IMG/VR virus record: IMGVR_UViG_3300005345_000001 | Coordinates: 1 to 64,000 of that record | Strand: one strand, 5' to 3' | Source of the DNA: a virus | Lineage: Duplodnaviria > Caudoviricetes | Length of the DNA stretch: 64,000 bases | Part shown: piece by piece, positions 17,773-27,854 of the stretch | Layout of the letters: each line of letters starts with the position of its first letter | Position numbering within the stretch: the stretch's first letter is position 1 | Position numbers and translations under genes: made by a program | Notes under the pieces: model-generated | Databases searched by the model: none | Told to the model about the DNA's origin: nothing | What the model saw: the letters and a program-made list of their open reading frames with translations, nothing else

Positions 17773-18785
17773 TCGAGTACCAACCTTTCGCGCTCTTCTT
17801 GTCCACCGTCCAACGGCTGGTGGCTCCCGAAGATTTGGGCGAGGAGTTGACTCCGTTCTTTCGCGATCAAGTCGGTAACGCCCTGGCCGATATCCAGACC
17901 CTCATCCCTTGGTTTAGGAACTTCAACGTCAATGCCTATACCAAGGAAGACGTGGAAGAGTTCTGTTCGGCTAGCATCTTCACCGGGCCGGTGGGTAAAA
18001 TTACCCAACTCTTCGCCTATACCCCAGGTCGGGAGTGCAAGAAGTACTACTACAAACGGGTCAGCACCTCTGCCTTGGATTGTTGGCTGGAGCGGCAGCG
18101 CTGTGTCCAATGCACGTTCACCCCGCCGCCGACCCATATTTATGATACTCCCTATTGCAACTACGTCATCTTGGGAGAAGTCGCCTGTAATCCCCCTTAT
18201 CTCAATGGAACCGAGGACACCTGCCGATTCACCAGTCTGGACGACGACAATCGAATATTTGCAGTTGGACCAGATTACCGCGTTTACGCTGCCCCTCGAT
18301 TCCCCTGTGGCTACAGCCTGTTCATGCAATGGCAGGGGATTCGGCGCAAATGGGAGAACATTGATCTAGTTCCAGTTGACCAACAACTGCGTGAAGCGGT
18401 GGTCAATTATGTCGAGCACAAGATTGCCCTCAAGGAGCGCAACTCAGTCTCCATGACCGAGTATTACTCGCTCTATGCGGTCAACCTGCGCATGCTCAAA
18501 TACCGCTATCACGACGAGCAAGACACTGAACTGGAGCGGGACTGCACTTCGGCCATCGAGCAGCTGATGTCAGCCTTCGCGCCGGCTTACGGACTGTATG
18601 GGGTGGGGGCCGGTCTGGGGGTTGGCGATTATATCTACAGTATCTCTGGTGGAGGCATCATCCAGGTCTATACGGGCGCGACACCACCAACTACCCCGGA
18701 TGACCCCACCCAAGCGGCTGTCTTTTATCCTACGGGCGGAGGCTCCATCCAGCAGTGGGACATTCCAAGTCAGACCTGGGTATGA
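17769..18785 (+). CDS. Head-tail adaptor / tail tubular A-like protein (probable)
   Basis: Position after the capsid gene; helical N- and C-parts around a beta core (...QLREAVVNYVEHK...); 10 Cys; Gly-rich C-terminal extension. Confidence 0.5.
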   Translation: MIEYQPFALFLSTVQRLVAPEDLGEELTPFFRDQVGNALADIQTLIPWFRNFNVNAYTKEDVEEFCSASIFTGPVGKITQLFAYTPGRECKKYYYKRVSTSALDCWLERQRCVQCTFTPPPTHIYDTPYCNYVILGEVACNPPYLNGTEDTCRFTSLDDDNRIFAVGPDYRVYAAPRFPCGYSLFMQWQGIRRKWENIDLVPVDQQLREAVVNYVEHKIALKERNSVSMTEYYSLYAVNLRMLKYRYHDEQDTELERDCTSAIEQLMSAFAPAYGLYGVGAGLGVGDYIYSISGGGIIQVYTGATPPTTPDDPTQAAVFYPTGGGSIQQWDIPSQTWV

Positions 18786-20293
18786 GAGCGCTGCTGGCCA
18801 TCCTCTTCATGTTGCTGGCGATTATGTCGCAGGCCGCCACATTCGTGTCGGACGGTTCGGACACCGATGTGCAGGCCAAGATTGATTCTGCCTCCGATGG
18901 GGACACTGTCACTATTCCGGTCGGCAACTTTGACTGGGACACCACAGTCACCATTTCTGGCAAAGGCATCCATCTGAAGGGGGTGGATGGTGGCTGGATA
19001 TCAGGCTGGAGCCGGTCCAGCGTTCTCATCGACATCGGACTCAAAACTTTCACCACTCAGACTGGGCTCAAGTGGACCGTTGGAGATGAAATTGGTGCCT
19101 ACTACGTCGCCAATGGCGCGCCCTTAAGCATGTTCGGCACCGTGGATAGCTATTCAGGTTCTACCTTGGTCATCAATGTCACCATTGCCAATGGCACTAC
19201 GACGAAAGCAGCCTGGGTCTTTGTCCATGCTGGCACTAGCTCAGTGACGTTTAACACCGGAACTTCCACTGGCTTAAGCATTACCGAAGACACCACCCAC
19301 AACGTTGAGGTAAGCCAGTTACATTTCATCGGTGGAGTGTTCCAGACCAGTGGCGCCATGATTAAGTGGAACAATACTTCCGGTGGAAAACCCATCCTGT
19401 GGCATGACAACCGCATTACTGGCACTGAGAACGACATAGCGTTGCGGGTGGAAACCAACCGTGGGGTCATCTGGAGCAATTACTGGGACAGCACTTTCTA
19501 CGGTGGCGAAGGCGACAACAACGCCGCGCCAGACTGCTCCATGATGCAGCATAAGCCGGCTAGCCTGACGACTTCCTGGACCACAGCCGACACGCTTGGC
19601 CAAAACGATACCGATGGCACTGGCAACCTCTACATCGAAGACAGCGTGTGGGTGGGGACGTCGCTGCAAAGCTTTGACGTCGATGAGATGGCCCGCACCG
19701 TTATCCGCCATTCCCTGATGGACAATAGCGGTGGGACCAGTCACGGCCGGGATACTGGCACTGGCCTGCGCCACTTCCAGTTCTATAAGAATACCACTTT
19801 GTTCGATAACCTCGGCGTGGACAGCTACCCACTGGACTACCTGTTCTTCATCCGAGGCGGTACCGGTATCGTCTGTAGCAATTCTATCGAGGACATTACC
19901 TCCGGCCAATGGGGGAACAAGACTGAGATGAAACAGCAGATCCAGGCGTTACGCCGTTCATGCGCAAACGATTGCTGTTGGAACAGTGGCTGGCCACAGC
20001 CTCAACAGATTGGCCAAAGCCATAATGGCAGTTCGATGTTCAACGACCCGCTCTATTACTGGCAAAACAGTGCCGCCATGGCCATTGCTAATGTCGATTA
20101 TGCCCCTGACGGGTGCGGTGGTGGCCCGGCCATGAGCACCTATTGTATCGAAGGCCGAGATTTCACTAATGCCACCAAGACTGGTTGGGCACCCTACACT
20201 TACCCACACACCCTGCGAGGCGCCCAAGCCCCAGAAGGGCCGGCAGTGCTCGCCCAAAAGGTAAGAGCTTTGAAAATACCACTACGAAGATGA
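18782..20293 (+). CDS. Signal-peptide-bearing protein with pectin-lyase-like beta-helix
   Basis: MRALLAILFMLLAIMSQA signal; DVQAKIDSASDGDTVTIPVG is typical of beta-helix N-caps; ATGA coupling at both ends. Confidence 0.7.
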   Translation: MRALLAILFMLLAIMSQAATFVSDGSDTDVQAKIDSASDGDTVTIPVGNFDWDTTVTISGKGIHLKGVDGGWISGWSRSSVLIDIGLKTFTTQTGLKWTVGDEIGAYYVANGAPLSMFGTVDSYSGSTLVINVTIANGTTTKAAWVFVHAGTSSVTFNTGTSTGLSITEDTTHNVEVSQLHFIGGVFQTSGAMIKWNNTSGGKPILWHDNRITGTENDIALRVETNRGVIWSNYWDSTFYGGEGDNNAAPDCSMMQHKPASLTTSWTTADTLGQNDTDGTGNLYIEDSVWVGTSLQSFDVDEMARTVIRHSLMDNSGGTSHGRDTGTGLRHFQFYKNTTLFDNLGVDSYPLDYLFFIRGGTGIVCSNSIEDITSGQWGNKTEMKQQIQALRRSCANDCCWNSGWPQPQQIGQSHNGSSMFNDPLYYWQNSAAMAIANVDYAPDGCGGGPAMSTYCIEGRDFTNATKTGWAPYTYPHTLRGAQAPEGPAVLAQKVRALKIPLRR

Positions 20294-23200
20294 GAAGATT
20301 ACTCGCAGCTGTTTGTGCGCTACTTTGTTTTGCTAGCGTGCTGTTTGGGGCCAACCCGTCCTATACATCATTCCTTGGAACCAACGGAATCATCATCACG
20401 TCCAATCCTCCACAGGGCTTTATCATCATCGACGGCAGGGCGTTGACCAATGGCTTTGTGTCAGGTGTCGGAGATCAGGTTTGGACCAATGATGTAGGGG
20501 TAATTTACACGATTGTTGACCCATCTCGAATTCAGTTCCTGACCAACAGAATTTTTGGCCGACTGATTCGGGCTGATGGGACCAACACTGTCTTTGGGAG
20601 CAATGCGTTGCCCCCTAATGTTGGAGCTGTAAATAGCGTAGCCATAGGTAGTGACGCATTGAGCCGTTCTAGTGGTGGCGAAAATGTGGCCATTGGACAT
20701 AGAGCTTTGGCTACTAATTCTAGTGGTCTAAACAACGTGGCGGTTGGGTATAGGGCAATGGAGTTCAACGATATTAGTGAGGACAATGTGGCGTTAGGAT
20801 ATTCCGCCCTTCGCGAATTCACAACTGGTCATCAGAATACGGCTCTTGGGGCAGCATCAATGGTCCATTTGACCACTTCGTATGATGGTACAGCGGTTGG
20901 ATATGGAGCCATGGATAAACTGGAGGGCATTGGAAATACTGCTCTTGGATCTAGGGCCATTAGTGGTGGTCTAGGTGGAGGCAATTACAACTTGGTCGCG
21001 GGGAATCAGGCGATGTTTAACAGCGACCGATTGGAGGGAAATGTAGCACTTGGAGGATTTGCACTCACTGGCATTGACGACCTGACAAACGTGGTTGCTA
21101 TCGGATATCAAGCCACGGCCATCTCCGGTGGATTAACCAACGCCGTTGGGATTGGGGCCCTTACTCGCATCACCGCAGACAACCAGATGATGCTTGGGAC
21201 CAACATCACCCGGTATGTGTTCAGGAATGTGGATTATACATTCCCATCGGCCAATGGGGCAGCGGGAACTGCCCTCACCAACAATGGCGCCGGCATCTTG
21301 GGTTGGGGAACCGTGGCTGGTAGCGGTGGCACGGTGGCATTTTCGGACCTGATATGGACCAACGACAATGGCACGCTCAAGCCAGTCGCTTTCCCGACCA
21401 ACGTGCTGTTACGGGTGAACGTCCCTGATAACGGAACCGGCACCAATTACTACTTCGACAGTCGGGTTTACCGGACAAATGCAACCAGCAAATTGTTCGC
21501 TATCTACAACGGCGGCAGCAACGCCGTCACGGTCGGCCCCTATGGCGGGCTGTTTATGGGTCGCGGTAATCCCACCCCATTCCCAGGCGTAGTCCTTTAC
21601 GGCATATACGATACGGCTCTTGGCGAGACCAACCAGCAGGAGATTTTTACCATGAGCCAGAATAGCGCTGTGGGCTACAACGGCGCCGCCGACCTGATCG
21701 TCGACACCAATTATGGGGCCATAATCCTGTTCGCCAATAAGGAGGGCGGAACCAAGTTTAGCCGGTTTGCCATCCAGGCTGGGGCCGGAATCAACCCACA
21801 AGATTTTAACACCTTCTCGATGCAGGCGCTGGTCGATGGGGCGACCTACTTCCAGGTGGACCCCAACTTCACACTACTTACCCCGACCAATTATTTGTTC
21901 AGCAGCAGCGTTCGTATCACCAACATCCATACCCTGCTGTCGCTCCAAAACAGCAATTTCCCGGTGCTTGAAGTGGACGGTGTGGGCGATCTAAGACTAA
22001 TCAAGAAGATCCCTTACCAGTGGCCCAGCGCCCAAGGTGCGGCCGGCACAGCTCTGACCAACAATGGTTCTGGCATTCTGGGATGGGGCGCAGTGGCTTC
22101 GGGCGGCGGTCTTACCTTTGCCGACCTTATCTGGACCAACAACACCGATACCATCTATCCCTACGTCCATAGTAACCGCATCCATTTCGGCACCTCTGCC
22201 ACCAATGGAGCCCGCCTTAATCTTGAGTGGTATGCGCCGCGTCGGTCATTTCGTGTTGGTCAGCTATCCACGGGCATTGGAAGCGATTATTGGGATGTGA
22301 CAAACCTTGGCATAGGGTCGGTGTCATTTGGTTCCAACAACCTTGCTGGTGGATATATGAGCGCAGTGTTGAGTGGGTACGGAAACATAATCCCGACCAA
22401 TTACATCTATTCTGTAATCGTTGGAGGTACTGAGAACTTATTTGCTGAATCCAGTGCAAGTGGGCGCAACATAATTGGAGGAGGCAGTAAGAACCAAATG
22501 GACCCAGGCGCAAGCAATTGCGTTATTGTAGGCGGATTTAGGAATAGGATTCTCACTGATGCGTTTATGAGTTCCATGGTTGGTGGAGCGGACAATATTT
22601 CTCGCATGCGCTATGGCTCTATTGGTGGAGGATCTGGAAACGAGACAAGGGGCATCGGTTCTGTGGTTGGAGGTGGGTTAAACAATATTTCAGGAGAGTC
22701 AACGGTGGATGGTTTAACCACGATTGGTGGTGGTAGCCAAAACAGTATACATGAGGATTATGGAACCATTGGTGGTGGTTTTGGCAATTTCCTTCAAAGT
22801 TCTGCGTTGTATGGAACTATTGGTGGTGGCCGGGGTAATGTGTCCGATGCAATCAGCGGCACCATTGCCGGAGGCTCTCTGAATAACATTGATGGCTTTG
22901 CCCAGTATGGAGTTATTTCTGGTGGCTACACTAATTTTATTGGCAACCCAGGAGCGGGTGGTTCCCACTTTAGTTTCATCCCTGGTGGTGTTTCCAACAA
23001 GATAAGTGGCGCTATAATGGCCGCAGCCATTGGATCATTTCAGACGAACACCTTAGATAAAACCATCCTGCTTGGCACCACCAACAACAACCGGGTGATG
23101 GTCTCCACGACCAATCTGAATTTGCTGGAGGACATGACCATCCTGATGACCAATGGCGCTGGAGCCGGGAAGGTGCTCACCTCTGATGCGAACGGCAAGG

Positions 23201-26200
23201 GAACCTGGGGTACTGCCAGTGCGGGCAGCGGAACCTTCACGAACATATTCAGCCCAACTCTCTCTAACGCCACTATCAAGCCGTTGGTGGTGGGGCTTGG
23301 AACGGCGGCTGGCGCGACTAATACCACTGGCGAGATTAGGGGCATTGAGGCCGGTGCAAACATCACGATCACGCCCAATGGCAGCAACTACGTCATCTCG
23401 TCCACTGCCAATTTCGTGTCCTTAAGCACAACCAATGCGACGAGCAAACCGCTGACAAACAGCTATGCGTCAGGCGTCCTGACGATGTTTGGCATTGAAC
23501 AGGGTAGTGGCCAAGCTATCACGGTTAACGCTTCCAACATTGTCGTTGGGATCGATTGGGCACAGGTGGCAAGCACCACCAATGTCGTTGGAGTGTCTAA
23601 TTGGGTGAATTCCGTGTCCAACTACGTCACGGCAGCTACCAATTCGGCCTCGGTTACCAACTGGATTACACAACGCCAACCCGCCAATGCTGTTCTTTCT
23701 AATCTGGTTGGCACGGTAGCAAAGAACGTCACTAATGTGGTCTCTCTCAGCACGACGAACGCGACAAGTAAGCCGCTCACAAATAGCTATACGTCGGGTG
23801 TGCTGACGATTTTCGGAATTGAACAGGGCAGCGGTCAGGCCATCACGATGAACGCTTCCAACATCTTAGTCGCGATAGATTGGGCGCAGACGGCAAGCAC
23901 GACTAACGTGGTGGGAGTGTCCAACTGGGTGAACTCGGTTTCCAATTATGTCACGGCTGCCACAAACAGCGCCAGCGTCACCAATTGGATCACCCAACGC
24001 CAACCCGCCAGCCAAACCCTTACCAACCTTTCTGGCACTGGCGCCATTACCAACGTGTTCAGTGCGTCGCTTAGCAACGCTACGATGAAACCGGTGGTGT
24101 TCCCGTCTGCCAACAACTTCGCCACTAATTATACGGGCAGATTCTTTGGGTTGGAGCAGGGAGCTAACGTCACTTTGACCCCAAATGGGAGCAACATCGT
24201 TATCGCTTCGTCTGGTAGCGGAGGGTCTAGCCTTACGACCAATGCGAACCAATTCGGCGCTTCGGTGGAGTTAACCATCAAAGATGCACCGTTGCTGACC
24301 AATGCGATTCATTATGGTGCTGGATTCTTGGGCTCTTTCACCAACGTCTGGACTGCGCCTCAGTTCCTGGGTACCAATGTGGTATTTGATGGTACCAATT
24401 CGTCTTGGTTCCAATTCAATCCAGCGACTGGACCACAGACCAACTACGTATTCACCAACATCCAAGCTGGCCAGACGATTGTGGTAAAAACATACGTCAC
24501 CAACGGGACCACTGTCAGGCTATGGGCCAACACGACTGAAATCCCGGCTAGTTGGTATATCGGCAACAACGGAAGTGCGGCCAACATCAACAGCAATGCG
24601 CCCTCAGTGGTTTATGTCAGCCGAGACTCTCTGGTGCCAGCCACCAACGTCTTGATCTGGACCCGAGACTTCGATGTCACAGCGGGATATGGGTTAATCT
24701 ATGCCACCAATTTCGTAGCAGGCATCGTGACCCAACAACTCCAGCAGATATTCCAACCTGGCAATGCGACACTCACCAATCTTGCTGGAACAGGAGCCGT
24801 CACCAACCTGTTTAGCCCGACTCTTTCCAACGGGACGATCAAGCCACTGGTGGTCGGTGTCGGAACGGCAGCGGGCGCTACCAACGTGACCGGAGAGATT
24901 CGCGGGCTTGAGGCTGGGGCTAACATAACCATCACTCCAAACGGAAGTAACTATGTCATCGCTTCTACAGGTGGTGGTGGGGTGGCGTTATCAGATTTGG
25001 TTTGGACCAATCGCGTCGGTGAATTGCTTCCAAACGCTTATCCAACCAACACTATCCTAAGCCCAACCAATGCGGGATTTAGGACTAATTTCTATTTTGG
25101 CAGCACCGAAACCAGAGCTGGTGGAACCAACAAAGTATTCAGGGTCTATAACGGAACAAACAACGCACTTACCGTAGGTGATGCTGGTATATTCATCGGG
25201 TCAGCTAACGGCACTCCTATCAATGGGCAAGCGATAAATGCCATTTATGACACATCTCTTGGGGATGCGCCAAGCAAGGCAATCAGCCTAACATCTCAAA
25301 ATAGCGCCGTTGGATTTAATTCATCGGCAGTCACCAGCGTTAGCACTAATTTTGCTAACACTGTATTGACCGCTGATCGAGATGGCACTGGGTTCATAAA
25401 TTTCACTCAAGTTATTGGACAAGATGCAACTTGGCTTAATTTCGATATGTATGTTCTGGCTCAGGATGCCGGAGGCACCATTATTAGACCATTCCAGTTT
25501 GACCCCGACTTCAGCCTGAGTCCGACAAGTTACCTATTTAATAGCACCATGCGGATTACCAACACGCACACTTTGATGTCGCTTCAGAATAGTAATACCC
25601 CGATGTTTGAGGTTAATGGCATCGGTGACCTGAAACTACTGAAACGCATCCCATACTCATGGCCAAATGCGCAGGGAGCGGCGCAAACGGTGTTAACCAA
25701 TGATGGGTCCGGCAATTTAGGTTGGGGCGCCGTATCAGCCAGTGGTGGGTCTGTAACATTTGCGGATATCGTATGGACCAATAAATCTGGAACCCTTTAC
25801 CCAATCGCATACCCGACCAATATAATTTTCAATCCAACTAACACTGTATCAGCCGCTGAACTAGCACGAGCAACCAATTTCCTATTTCAGACCAGCACTC
25901 GAAGGATCGGCGGAACCAATGTGCTGTTTGCGGTCTTTAACGGCGGGGCCAGCGCACTGGTCGTTGGCGATCAAGGAATAATGATTGGCTCGACCAACTA
26001 TATACCTGTCCCTCAGGCGGCAATTGATATCGCGTACGATACGGCCTTCGGGGTTGATAGTCCCGAGAAATCAGTCCTACTGACAACCTACAACAGCGTG
26101 GTTGGCTATAGCGGAAATGCCGAGATGCACGTCAGCACAAACTACGGTGATTTTAATGTGACCGCTAATAAGGAAGGCAATGGATTCGTGGAGTATTTCT

Positions 26201-27141
26201 TCAGAGCAGGAGGTGCAGGAACCGCTGTGGATTATAAGAATTTTGATGCCTATGTTCTGGTTCAGGATGAAGGAGCAACCATTATAACGCCTTACCAAAT
26301 CGATCCCGATTTCAGTCTGAGTCCTACCGGATACATCTTCGGTAGCACGATGCGCATTACCAATACCCATACGCTGATGAGCTTGCAGAATAGCAATACG
26401 CCGATGTTCGAAGTCAACGGCATTGGCGATCTGAAACTGCTCAAGCGCGTGGCTTATTCCTGGCCCAGTGCTCAGGGAGCCGCCCAAACTGTTCTTACCA
26501 ATGATGGGTCGGGCAACCTTGGGTGGGGAGCAGTAGCAGCTAGCGGTGGAGGGCTGGCCACAAACGCCAATCAATTTGGGGCCAATACTACGCTCTCGAT
26601 CAAGGAGGGCGTGCTTCTGACAAACATTATGCTCTATCCATCCAACCTGACCAGTCCAGCCTCGATTGCGACTGCCAGCGTTGGAAGTATGACTAACCTG
26701 ATAGAGTGGAGACAGACCAATGGCGCATTGGCGCTACTGATCAGCTCCAATGGTCTTTATAACATATCCGTTCCCCTTCTCCACTCCAACGCCGTTGCAT
26801 TTAGGACCAACAATATCGACTTCAAATTGGCTCAGTGGCAGACGTTTAGTAACGCACTCAAAACCAATTTGGTCCTCCAGCTAACCAACTGTAATGATGG
26901 CGTCACACATACGTTAAATGCTTTCGGTTCTGGAAGACTTGGGAATGGAACAACCAATGCATGGCAATTGCTTTGCACCGTCGCCTCTGGTAACACCATC
27001 TATTGGCCTCCAGGATCTACCAATGGAAATTTCGATGTGCTGGTTAACAGCAATCAGGTGGTTACGTTCACATTCCAGCAAGTGTTCAACACCAACATAT
27101 TCGCATCCTATCTGGTGCGAGAGGGGATAGGGGCAAACTGA
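20290..27141 (+). CDS. Giant (2283 aa) signal-peptide-bearing fibre/adhesin-like protein
   Basis: Likely start at ATG 20290 (MRRLLAAVCALLCFASVLFG); YadA-head-like NxAxG repeats, IGGG-x-N repeats, internal domain triplication; no C-terminal beta-barrel anchor. Confidence 0.8.
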   Translation: MRRLLAAVCALLCFASVLFGANPSYTSFLGTNGIIITSNPPQGFIIIDGRALTNGFVSGVGDQVWTNDVGVIYTIVDPSRIQFLTNRIFGRLIRADGTNTVFGSNALPPNVGAVNSVAIGSDALSRSSGGENVAIGHRALATNSSGLNNVAVGYRAMEFNDISEDNVALGYSALREFTTGHQNTALGAASMVHLTTSYDGTAVGYGAMDKLEGIGNTALGSRAISGGLGGGNYNLVAGNQAMFNSDRLEGNVALGGFALTGIDDLTNVVAIGYQATAISGGLTNAVGIGALTRITADNQMMLGTNITRYVFRNVDYTFPSANGAAGTALTNNGAGILGWGTVAGSGGTVAFSDLIWTNDNGTLKPVAFPTNVLLRVNVPDNGTGTNYYFDSRVYRTNATSKLFAIYNGGSNAVTVGPYGGLFMGRGNPTPFPGVVLYGIYDTALGETNQQEIFTMSQNSAVGYNGAADLIVDTNYGAIILFANKEGGTKFSRFAIQAGAGINPQDFNTFSMQALVDGATYFQVDPNFTLLTPTNYLFSSSVRITNIHTLLSLQNSNFPVLEVDGVGDLRLIKKIPYQWPSAQGAAGTALTNNGSGILGWGAVASGGGLTFADLIWTNNTDTIYPYVHSNRIHFGTSATNGARLNLEWYAPRRSFRVGQLSTGIGSDYWDVTNLGIGSVSFGSNNLAGGYMSAVLSGYGNIIPTNYIYSVIVGGTENLFAESSASGRNIIGGGSKNQMDPGASNCVIVGGFRNRILTDAFMSSMVGGADNISRMRYGSIGGGSGNETRGIGSVVGGGLNNISGESTVDGLTTIGGGSQNSIHEDYGTIGGGFGNFLQSSALYGTIGGGRGNVSDAISGTIAGGSLNNIDGFAQYGVISGGYTNFIGNPGAGGSHFSFIPGGVSNKISGAIMAAAIGSFQTNTLDKTILLGTTNNNRVMVSTTNLNLLEDMTILMTNGAGAGKVLTSDANGKGTWGTASAGSGTFTNIFSPTLSNATIKPLVVGLGTAAGATNTTGEIRGIEAGANITITPNGSNYVISSTANFVSLSTTNATSKPLTNSYASGVLTMFGIEQGSGQAITVNASNIVVGIDWAQVASTTNVVGVSNWVNSVSNYVTAATNSASVTNWITQRQPANAVLSNLVGTVAKNVTNVVSLSTTNATSKPLTNSYTSGVLTIFGIEQGSGQAITMNASNILVAIDWAQTASTTNVVGVSNWVNSVSNYVTAATNSASVTNWITQRQPASQTLTNLSGTGAITNVFSASLSNATMKPVVFPSANNFATNYTGRFFGLEQGANVTLTPNGSNIVIASSGSGGSSLTTNANQFGASVELTIKDAPLLTNAIHYGAGFLGSFTNVWTAPQFLGTNVVFDGTNSSWFQFNPATGPQTNYVFTNIQAGQTIVVKTYVTNGTTVRLWANTTEIPASWYIGNNGSAANINSNAPSVVYVSRDSLVPATNVLIWTRDFDVTAGYGLIYATNFVAGIVTQQLQQIFQPGNATLTNLAGTGAVTNLFSPTLSNGTIKPLVVGVGTAAGATNVTGEIRGLEAGANITITPNGSNYVIASTGGGGVALSDLVWTNRVGELLPNAYPTNTILSPTNAGFRTNFYFGSTETRAGGTNKVFRVYNGTNNALTVGDAGIFIGSANGTPINGQAINAIYDTSLGDAPSKAISLTSQNSAVGFNSSAVTSVSTNFANTVLTADRDGTGFINFTQVIGQDATWLNFDMYVLAQDAGGTIIRPFQFDPDFSLSPTSYLFNSTMRITNTHTLMSLQNSNTPMFEVNGIGDLKLLKRIPYSWPNAQGAAQTVLTNDGSGNLGWGAVSASGGSVTFADIVWTNKSGTLYPIAYPTNIIFNPTNTVSAAELARATNFLFQTSTRRIGGTNVLFAVFNGGASALVVGDQGIMIGSTNYIPVPQAAIDIAYDTAFGVDSPEKSVLLTTYNSVVGYSGNAEMHVSTNYGDFNVTANKEGNGFVEYFFRAGGAGTAVDYKNFDAYVLVQDEGATIITPYQIDPDFSLSPTGYIFGSTMRITNTHTLMSLQNSNTPMFEVNGIGDLKLLKRVAYSWPSAQGAAQTVLTNDGSGNLGWGAVAASGGGLATNANQFGANTTLSIKEGVLLTNIMLYPSNLTSPASIATASVGSMTNLIEWRQTNGALALLISSNGLYNISVPLLHSNAVAFRTNNIDFKLAQWQTFSNALKTNLVLQLTNCNDGVTHTLNAFGSGRLGNGTTNAWQLLCTVASGNTIYWPPGSTNGNFDVLVNSNQVVTFTFQQVFNTNIFASYLVREGIGAN
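21346..26532 (+). repeat. Three copies of a ~250-aa domain (about 21346-22092, 24994-25731, 25765-26532) inside the fibre gene
   Basis: Each runs from D(L/I)xWTN to RITNxHTLxSLQNSNxPxxEVxGxGDLxLxKxxxYxWPxAQGAAxTxLTNxGSGxLGWG. Confidence 0.85.
23416..24009 (+). repeat. Tandem pair of 90-aa repeats (23416-23685 and 23740-24009; period 324 nt)
   Basis: VSLSTTNATSKPLTNSY...TNWITQRQPA occurs twice, near-identical in protein. Confidence 0.9.
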
Positions 27142-27854
27142 TGAAGTGGCTATTATTACTCTTAAGTTGTTTGGGCTGTTGCGGCCAACAGGCTACGGTC
27201 GGCCTGTCCGTTCGTGCGCTAGGCTCATCGGCCAACACTGCCAACGATACCAGCGAAGCGACCGGCTCTTATACGCCACAGATCGGCACTGAACTGATCG
27301 CCATCGTCATCAACACGAAAGCTGCCACCCCCGACCAGCCTAACTTGGTTGGCAATGGCTTAACCTGGACGGAGCTTTTCGATACCAATTATCTAACGGA
27401 TCATCGGCTCACGATTTGGTATGCCAAGTGCGGGTCGGGAGCCTTTGCCGGTCCATTGACAGCCGATACTGGCGCCACCTCTCAGACCGGCTGGGCCTTG
27501 GCTGTGGTGGAGGTGAGCGGGGCAGTGATCACCGGGGTCAATGGCCTGACCGGATTGCGTCAAAATGTTAACGCAAACGTCTCGGCTGGCACCACCATTA
27601 CGGCGACCTTTGCTGCACTTGGCAAACGGACGCTATGCATTGGGCTAGTGGGCGGTAACCTCAACGGAACGGCGAATACTGCGGAAGCTGGCTGGACAGA
27701 GATTGTTGATGTGGCCTTCAACACCCCAGCCACAGAGCTAACCATCGTATATCAGGCAAAGAATGCCGATACGACCTGTGCGGTTTCCAATGCCGGCGCA
27801 TTCAGTGGGTGCATTGTAGGCATCGAGATGGTTCAGGTTGGTAATTTCCCATGA
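27141..27854 (+). CDS. Signal-peptide-bearing beta-rich protein
   Basis: MKWLLLLLSCLGCCG N-terminus; TGATG overlap with the fibre gene; Ala/Gly/Thr-rich beta pattern. Confidence 0.7.
   Translation: MKWLLLLLSCLGCCGQQATVGLSVRALGSSANTANDTSEATGSYTPQIGTELIAIVINTKAATPDQPNLVGNGLTWTELFDTNYLTDHRLTIWYAKCGSGAFAGPLTADTGATSQTGWALAVVEVSGAVITGVNGLTGLRQNVNANVSAGTTITATFAALGKRTLCIGLVGGNLNGTANTAEAGWTEIVDVAFNTPATELTIVYQAKNADTTCAVSNAGAFSGCIVGIEMVQVGNFP

Noticed and set aside
20185-20289. ORF-track N-terminal extension of the giant fibre
   Set aside because: It overlaps the upstream gene. ATG 20290 gives an ATGA overlap and exposes a clean signal peptide.
21346-26532. Diversity-generating retroelement template/variable repeat pair
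   Set aside because: No reverse transcriptase in the window; differences between copies are synonymous and not adenine-specific; all copies are coding.
20290-27141. Trimeric autotransporter (YadA-like) call
   Set aside because: Head repeats are present, but there is no C-terminal coiled coil plus four-strand barrel and no terminal aromatic residue.
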